A stretch of DNA of 46,430 bases from positions 1-46,430 of the forward strand of contig CAYTMO010000003.1 in assembly GCA_964439045.1 (NCBI GenBank), in the 5' to 3' direction. Under the pieces are notes generated by a model that was not told the origin of the DNA, ran no database searches, and saw only the letters and a program-made list of their open reading frames with translations. The first letter of the stretch is position 1; every line of letters starts with the position of its first letter. The translations under genes and the position numbers were made by a program. Positions 41,529-46,430 of this stretch are shown one piece after another. This stretch comes from an uncultured Candidatus Saccharibacteria bacterium (GTDB taxonomy: Bacteria; Patescibacteriota; Minisyncoccia; Phycocordibacterales; UBA9973).

Positions 41529-43850
41529 TCAGATCGAGTGCTTGTGGTCAAGCGCTTGATAGATGGCGACGTCTTTTCTGATCGCCGTCGACATCACACG
41601 CTCGTCCAACGTGCCCGGCACGACCGGGATGTGGCCGATGACGCGGTCGCCCGTCTGCCCCTTGCGGTGGATGCGATCGAGGGCTTGATCGTTGCGTCCT
41701 GGCACCCAGTCAGGCTCGGCCAGTACTACGTCCTGCGCCTGCGTCAGCGTCCAGCCTTCGCCGATCACCGCGGTCTGGCCGAGGATGATCCTGGTCTTCT
41801 CCTGCGATTGGAACTGGTCGACCGCCAACTGCTTCTTCGCCGCCGAGGTCGAGCCGTCCATGTAGACGAGGCCGTACTTGGAGAGCTTGTCGCGTAGGTA
41901 GTGCAGGACCGACGTGTGCCACGCCGTCACCACGAGCTTGTCGACGCCGCTCTCCAGCAGATCCTCGACGTACGCAGCGACGCTCGGCATCTTCGCTTCG
42001 CCCAGCATCTTGCGCGCCGTCGAGATGGCGCCGTCGACCGGGATGCCGTCGTTGAATGCGTCCGCGTCCATCTCGTAGAGCTTCGAAGCGATGGCCCAGC
42101 CTGGGTGCTTTAGCGCGCGCCGCATCTCGCTCGTCACCTCCATCGGGAAGGTGTGCCACTGCTTCGGCGGCAGTTCGTGCAGCACTTGCTCCTTCAGGCG
42201 CCGCACCATGATGTGCTTGCGCAAGCGGCGCTGCAACTCGTCGAGGTTCCGCGGCACGTTGCGCACTTTCTCGGACCAGTGCAACTTGTTCGACCACGCC
42301 TGCGTCGCAGGATCGTAGACCGGGCCACGCACCATGCCGCCGCCGAGGTCGTAGTAGTGCTCCCTGAACGCCTCCAGGCTCATGCGGTCGATCGCGTCCC
42401 AGTTAAGCAGGCGCACGGCGTTGTAACAGTTATGGACGACGAGCGGCCCGGCGTTTGACAGGATGGTAAACCTTTGCCGAGGCCCCGCATTCACAAGATC
42501 GTAGACGGGCCTCAAGCTCAAGGACTCTCTCCTGCAATTCCCTGATTGATCTTCTATTCCGCGCGTTCTCAAGCTGAGTGACGCACCGCAAATTCCCAGG
42601 TTCGTACCCTCGGTTGACGTCGATCCGGTCCAGTTCGAGGGACCTATCGTCCCATCCTGGGAGCCCCATGAGGTAAGCGAGGAACTTTCGTCTGCCTTCT
42701 CTCCCTTCTCTCCACTCGCCGAAAACTGATATCCCTCGCCCGCCGTAGCTAGCCCAAGATTGATGTTTGGGGTTGTGGCATCTCTGGATGCATTGATGAA
42801 TGCGCTGCAAGCTCCATCGACGGAGTGCTTTGTCAGGGCATAGTCTGCTGTACGCTGTGTCTCGCTCCCTATTGGACTTCCTGATGTGGCACCTGCGGCA
42901 CCGAGCACGCGGTCTCGTGCGGAGCTTGTCCGCGTGCACTCGGTAGGGGTCGGAGCCGCAAGAGCACCGCACCCAAGTTGCCGCCAAACCGCCCCTAGGT
43001 CCTCGGTCGAGGCTAACGACAGTAAGCTCGCCAAACCTGTCTCCAACGCGCGGCTCATCGTATACTCGCACGCGGCCAGGGCGTGCGCCGGGGACCAAGC
43101 ACCCCCCACTAACGTTTCGTGGTCGGGGGTCATCTCCACCCCGCAGATCTTCATAGTTTCGCGTCCCCCCCGGTACACTAAGCCGCTGTGCCGCACCCAT
43201 TCTACACCGTCCCACAGTAGATCGTTGTCTGAGACGTCGATGATGGCCCTCCACCCCCCATTCGTCAAGACTAAAGTGTCTGGGCCTAAACATTCGATCG
43301 GTTGATTCGGCAGGATCGTGCCGCTCGCCAGCGTGATGCGCCCGGCCACGGAAGGGATGCAATCGGGTGCACAAATGGCGCGGGTGCGGGTGTTGCCCTT
43401 CGGGTCCTTGATCGCGTGCGCTTCGTCCAGGATCACGTGATCCCACATCACATCGAGGATCGCGTCGAGGATCGACTTGTTGGCCAGCAGTGCGTAGGAG
43501 ATGATCACGTAGTTGGCGTCGAGGCTGACGCCGTCCGAGGACTTGAGCACGGGGTAGGTGCTCACGTTCGGGATCGTCGACCACGCCCAGATCTCGCGCT
43601 CCCAGTTCAGCCTAAGACTAGCTGGGCACACAACGAGAGTATGTTTAGCGCCAATAGCATTCCCCAGTAGGATGCATTCGGCAGTCTTTCCCAGACCAGG
43701 AGCATCACCAAACAGATGGTGATTACGAGCGAGACCATACTCAACACCAGCATGTTGGTACTCCATGGGTTTCATGCCCGGCGGTGCCGGGGCACGGTAG
43801 AACTGGGGCGCCACCGCTCGGCTGCGCTCGACTTGGTAGTCTGTCGTCAC
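41529..43850 (-). CDS. SNF2/DEAH-family helicase precursor (773 aa) interrupted by an intein
   Basis: GLGKT (motif I), ILDEAH (motif II) and SGTILPNQPIE (motif III, split by the intein), with C-terminal helicase motifs. GTG start overlaps the upstream stop. Confidence 0.8.
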   Translation of the reverse strand: MTTDYQVERSRAVAPQFYRAPAPPGMKPMEYQHAGVEYGLARNHHLFGDAPGLGKTAECILLGNAIGAKHTLVVCPASLRLNWEREIWAWSTIPNVSTYPVLKSSDGVSLDANYVIISYALLANKSILDAILDVMWDHVILDEAHAIKDPKGNTRTRAICAPDCIPSVAGRITLASGTILPNQPIECLGPDTLVLTNGGWRAIIDVSDNDLLWDGVEWVRHSGLVYRGGRETMKICGVEMTPDHETLVGGAWSPAHALAACEYTMSRALETGLASLLSLASTEDLGAVWRQLGCGALAAPTPTECTRTSSARDRVLGAAGATSGSPIGSETQRTADYALTKHSVDGACSAFINASRDATTPNINLGLATAGEGYQFSASGEKGEKADESSSLTSWGSQDGTIGPSNWTGSTSTEGTNLGICGASLSLRTRGIEDQSGNCRRESLSLRPVYDLVNAGPRQRFTILSNAGPLVVHNCYNAVRLLNWDAIDRMSLEAFREHYYDLGGGMVRGPVYDPATQAWSNKLHWSEKVRNVPRNLDELQRRLRKHIMVRRLKEQVLHELPPKQWHTFPMEVTSEMRRALKHPGWAIASKLYEMDADAFNDGIPVDGAISTARKMLGEAKMPSVAAYVEDLLESGVDKLVVTAWHTSVLHYLRDKLSKYGLVYMDGSTSAAKKQLAVDQFQSQEKTRIILGQTAVIGEGWTLTQAQDVVLAEPDWVPGRNDQALDRIHRKGQTGDRVIGHIPVVPGTLDERVMSTAIRKDVAIYQALDHKHSI
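42429..43292 (-). mobile_element. Intein (288 aa) within the SNF2 helicase
   Basis: Starts CLGPDTLVLTNGGW, has TPDHETLV (block B-like), and ends NAGPLVVHN followed by Cys. The interior is less GC-rich than the flanks. Confidence 0.75.
42430..43071 (-). CDS. HNH homing-endonuclease-like ORF (about 213 aa) nested in the helicase intein, in a different frame
   Basis: RFGELTVVSL, CSCG...CRRC, CHNPKHQSWASYGGRGI and LDRIDVNRGYEPGNLRCVTQLENARN motifs. TAA stop at 42430-42432. The start is uncertain: GTG at 43071 has no clear RBS. Confidence 0.55.
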   Translation of the reverse strand: MRVYDEPRVGDRFGELTVVSLDRGPRGGLAATWVRCSCGSDPYRVHADKLRTRPRARCRRCHIRKSNRERDTAYSRLCPDKALRRWSLQRIHQCIQRCHNPKHQSWASYGGRGISVFGEWREGREGRRKFLAYLMGLPGWDDRSLELDRIDVNRGYEPGNLRCVTQLENARNRRSIRELQERVLELEARLRSCECGASAKVYHPVKRRAARRP

Positions 43851-44077
43851 GGTACTTCCCTGCCGAGCAAAACTTCAGCCTCTCGGCGCGCCCCATCCTT
43901 GCAGCCCAGGAGGTGGGAGAGCGCGTTCTCAAGGTCGCGAATGCGCTTCGTGTGCCGCTCGCTCCTCACCTTGTGCTGGTCTTCGAACATCTGTGCCATC
44001 CGCTGCTCGCTTCTGGCAGAACTCGGGAGATTGAAAAACTCCTCGGCGACCCGTCGCCACGTCATCTCTCGCATCAT
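43847..44077 (-). CDS. Hypothetical protein (76 aa)
   Basis: ATG at 44077 (MMREMTWRRV...) follows GGGGAGAG. Its stop overlaps the helicase GTG. Confidence 0.55.
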   Translation of the reverse strand: MMREMTWRRVAEEFFNLPSSARSEQRMAQMFEDQHKVRSERHTKRIRDLENALSHLLGCKDGARREAEVLLGREVP

Positions 44078-44078
44078 C

Positions 44079-44234
44079 TCAATCTCTCCCCGGTTTGTGA
44101 TACTCGCGACGCACGCTGTAGCCCAGCTCGCGCCACATGTCCGACCACGCCTTGCATCCGTCGCTGTCAAGCCCGGTCAAGCTCAGGCCGGCCACGAGCA
44201 CGCCCGCCTTGAAGACCGCCAGCGTGCAGGTCAC
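44079..44234 (-). CDS. Small membrane protein candidate (51 aa; not in the ORF track)
   Basis: GTG overlaps the upstream stop (GTGA). Strong third-position GC bias. Translation begins MTCTLAVFKAGVLVAGLSLTG. Confidence 0.4.
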   Translation of the reverse strand: MTCTLAVFKAGVLVAGLSLTGLDSDGCKAWSDMWRELGYSVRREYHKPGRD

Positions 44235-44407
44235 CAGTACCCCTGCTCGACTATGCCGACGACAGAGACAGGGTAGTGCTTCAGCAGATCGCGCGCTTTC
44301 AAGCGCAGCTCACGGGGCACCCGCGGCGTCTGCTTGGGGTCCATCAACGCCAGGAGGAACTTGCGCGTCTTAAGGACCGCGCGTGTCCTTTCATGCGGGA
44401 GCGTCAT
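44231..44407 (-). CDS. Hypothetical protein (58 aa)
   Basis: ATG at 44407 (MTLPHERTRAVLKTRKFLLAL...) lies 5 nt after GGGGA. Confidence 0.55.
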   Translation of the reverse strand: MTLPHERTRAVLKTRKFLLALMDPKQTPRVPRELRLKARDLLKHYPVSVVGIVEQGYW

Positions 44408-44502
44408 GTCGATCCCCAACAGTGCGAGAGAAAGGTGCCGGCTTCGAGGCCACTGGCCGGCGCAGTGTGCGTGCCCCGAGCGCGGGGTACCTCAGTCTCG
44501 TG

Positions 44503-45330
44503 TCAGGTCTTGCGCGTGCGGCGCAGGCCGGGCGGGATCGCGAGCGGATCGTCGTCCGCCGCGGTGGTCTGCGGCTCGCCGTCGCCGAGCGCGGAGACGA
44601 ACTTGCCGCCGACCTCGGCCGCCGCGAAGCGCACGAAATCCATCTTGTCGCGGGCGGTCAGGGCCATGAAGGACGCCTTGAGCGCATCCAGGCCCTCGGC
44701 CTTCTTCATCTCGACGCCCTTGGCCTGCTGCTTGAGCGCGGAGACATCCGTCTTGCTGAGCACTTCGAGGCCGGCGTCCGCGGCGAACGCGCGCACCGCC
44801 TTCATGGCCTCCTCCGGCTTGACGCTCAACAGTACCTCGGCCGGGCCGAAGACCTTGCGCTCGATCTCCTTGACCTTCTTCTTCGCGCGGTGCGCCTTGT
44901 TCGCCGCCGCGTTCTTTTTCCTCATGTCCTCCAGAGCGATCTGCGGGTTCGGGCTGCCGCCGACGACGGCCAGCTTCCGCACGGTCTCCCAGCTCTGATC
45001 CTTGACATTGTCCTCGACCCACTTGCGGAAGCCGATGCCCTGCGCGCCGCAGAGCTTCTTCGCTTCTTCGAGGCGCAGCGCGGCGGCGAGGCGATGGTCG
45101 TCGGCCTGCCCGTCGAGCTTGGCGATTTTCTCGAAGCGCACGTTGATCTCGTTGGCGATCGGCGCGAGCTTCTTGTCGAACTGCTCGACCGTCAGCTTCT
45201 TCGGCACCTCGACGACGGCGACGTTGGTCTTGGGCTTCTTCGCGGGCTTGGCCTTCGCCTTGCCCTCTTCCTTGAACTTGCGCGCGACGGCTTCCGCACG
45301 CTCGGCGCGCTCCGACTTCTCTTCGAACAT
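44503..45330 (-). CDS. Lys/Ala-rich hypothetical protein (275 aa), possible DNA-binding protein
   Basis: ATG at 45330 follows GGGGAGA. First large gene downstream of conserved element copy 3. Confidence 0.65.
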   Translation of the reverse strand: MFEEKSERAERAEAVARKFKEEGKAKAKPAKKPKTNVAVVEVPKKLTVEQFDKKLAPIANEINVRFEKIAKLDGQADDHRLAAALRLEEAKKLCGAQGIGFRKWVEDNVKDQSWETVRKLAVVGGSPNPQIALEDMRKKNAAANKAHRAKKKVKEIERKVFGPAEVLLSVKPEEAMKAVRAFAADAGLEVLSKTDVSALKQQAKGVEMKKAEGLDALKASFMALTARDKMDFVRFAAAEVGGKFVSALGDGEPQTTAADDDPLAIPPGLRRTRKT

Positions 45331-45336
45331 GGGTAT

Positions 45337-45381
45337 CTCCCCGAGGGTTTAAATCGCTGCCGGTCTCTCCCGGCTGTCACG
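45337..45381 (-). promoter_or_regulatory. Conserved upstream element, copy 3
   Basis: Minus strand reads CGTGACAGCCGGGAGAGACCGGCAGCGATTTAAACCCTCGGGGAG. A U-to-C change keeps the 5-bp stem paired. Confidence 0.6.
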
Positions 45382-45442
45382 CCTACTTCATGTGTCTCGG
45401 GCGTTCGAAGTCTTCATAAGCTACGCGAGAGCTTGTCTCGTG

Positions 45443-45787
45443 TCAAGCGCCTCGAACGCGGTAAGCGATCGGCGCAGCGCCAACGGGCATGCGAAGGTGG
45501 CCGGCGCGGCAGCCGTCGAAGTAGAAGGCGACGAGGAAGTGGAGGCCATCGGGCAGCAGCCAGAGAGTTACGTGCGAGACCTGGGCGACGACTTCGTCCG
45601 GTGCGCCCGCGCGCTGAGCGAACTTCTGCGCCTCCATACCGACGAGACGGAATGCGGTGGGCTGGTTGTGCTGCTCAAGGATCGACCGCGCGTCGGCGTC
45701 GGGGGTCGAGCACTCCTGCGCTTTGATGCCCGACGAAGAAGATACCCCCAGGGCCAGAGCCGCGGCGAACGCGATCGATCGGAGCAT
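45443..45787 (-). CDS. Secreted/periplasmic small protein (114 aa)
   Basis: ATG at 45787 follows AGGAGG. N-terminal signal peptide MLRSIAFAAALALGVSSSSG. Confidence 0.6.
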   Translation of the reverse strand: MLRSIAFAAALALGVSSSSGIKAQECSTPDADARSILEQHNQPTAFRLVGMEAQKFAQRAGAPDEVVAQVSHVTLWLLPDGLHFLVAFYFDGCRAGHLRMPVGAAPIAYRVRGA

Positions 45788-45813
45788 GGGAGCCTCCTGT
45801 GATGAAGACCTCC

Positions 45814-45842
45814 AAGGTATCACGCGATCCCACGAAAGTCAA
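45814..45842 (-). promoter_or_regulatory. Candidate leftward early promoter (TTGACT, 17-nt spacer, TACCTT) overlapped by palindrome-family site 45816-45831
   Basis: -35 box at 45837-45842 and -10 box at 45814-45819 on the minus strand. GGTATCACGCGATCCC covers the -10 box and the spacer. Confidence 0.5.
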
Positions 45843-45866
45843 ACTCTTGCCTCGGCGGCCTCTCCC

Positions 45867-45895
45867 TTGACCTAAGCAGGAAAACAGGCCATACT
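45867..45895 (+). promoter_or_regulatory. Candidate rightward promoter for the HNH gene (TTGACC, 17-nt spacer, CATACT)
   Basis: Divergent from the leftward promoter. A GAGGAG RBS precedes the GTG at 45927. Confidence 0.4.
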
Positions 45896-45926
45896 TGTGG
45901 GGTAAGCTTCAGTCGAGGAGACTACA

Positions 45927-46427
45927 GTGCCCGCAAAAACTCGCGCTCAAGCCCGAGAGTACGAACGTCGGTACAGGACAAGCGAAAAGGGGCGCAAGAC
46001 GAGGTCCGAATACGACCGCCGCAGGAGAAAGGAAGACCCAGAGTACGCTGCGCGTAAGAACGCCGCAACTCGAAAGTGGGCCGCCGAGAACCGCAGCTAC
46101 GCGGCGGAATGGAAGAGAAAGAACGCGGGCTTGATGCTCTTGTACGGCGCTCGGCAACGAGCCGCTAAGTCCGGCCTCGGCTTCGATCTCGAACTGTCGG
46201 ACATCGTAGTGCCTCGCAAATGCCCCTGGCTTGGCATAGAGATACGCCCTGGCGGCGGTAAGAAACCCTCCTCTCCGTCTCTGGACCGCGTGGACAACGC
46301 AAAAGGATACGTGAAGGGGAACGTTGAAGTGGTGAGCTGGAGGGCTAACAATCTGAAAGCAACCGCCACCTTGGACGAGATGATAGCGATGGGGCGCAGG
46401 GCGCTTAAGCTCAAAAGGGGACAGTAA
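45927..46427 (+). CDS. Free-standing HNH homing endonuclease (166 aa)
   Basis: SLDRVDNAKGYVKGNVEVVSWRANNLK motif. Lower GC than its surroundings. GTG start. Confidence 0.75.
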   Translation: MPAKTRAQAREYERRYRTSEKGRKTRSEYDRRRRKEDPEYAARKNAATRKWAAENRSYAAEWKRKNAGLMLLYGARQRAAKSGLGFDLELSDIVVPRKCPWLGIEIRPGGGKKPSSPSLDRVDNAKGYVKGNVEVVSWRANNLKATATLDEMIAMGRRALKLKRGQ

Positions 46428-46430
46428 TGG

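Noticed and set aside
1-46430. Prophage or lysogeny interpretation (integrase, attachment sites, CI-type repressor) and CRISPR arrays.
   Set aside because: No integrase, recombinase or excisionase motifs. No flanking bacterial genes. No direct repeats at the window ends. No repeat-spacer arrays. The window looks like a free, probably virulent, phage genome.

Overview
The window reads as an essentially complete, GC-rich, roughly 46-kb podovirus-type phage genome. All family names below come from reading the translations and from memory; no searches were run.

There are three transcription blocks:
- 412-3651: eight small leftward genes of unknown function.
- 4597-32292: one rightward late block. 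In order it carries terS, terL, a ~7-kb receptor-binding island (1349-aa fibre protein and a beta-helix protein), a T7-type portal, a Bbp19-like protein, scaffold, major capsid, Bbp16-like cement protein, tubular proteins A and B, four internal core/ejection proteins, a tail fibre, and holin-like and lipoprotein lysis genes.
- 32293-45787: a leftward replication block. It carries two RHH proteins, an SprT-like protease, a metallophosphoesterase, a resolvase-like nuclease, a family A DNA polymerase, a DUF2815-like SSB, a DUF2800/Cas4-like nuclease and an SNF2 helicase.

A rightward free-standing HNH gene sits at the right edge. I saw no integrase, repressor, phage RNA polymerase, primase, endolysin, tRNA, CRISPR array or reverse transcriptase.

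Most noteworthy observations:
1. The helicase carries an intein whose interior encodes a complete HNH endonuclease in a different reading frame. That ORF stops exactly at the intein C-terminal junction.
2. A second intein sits in the metallophosphoesterase and has a PD-(D/E)XK-like middle domain.
3. A 16-bp palindrome family (consensus GGTATCACGTGATACC) occurs about 12 times, at promoters, gene junctions and inside genes.
4. A ~40-nt conserved element lies just upstream of three replication-block start codons.
5. The non-coding segments at 1-240 and 3652-4596 are rich in repeats and palindromes.
6. Two small left-arm genes are each bracketed by 25-30-bp direct repeats.
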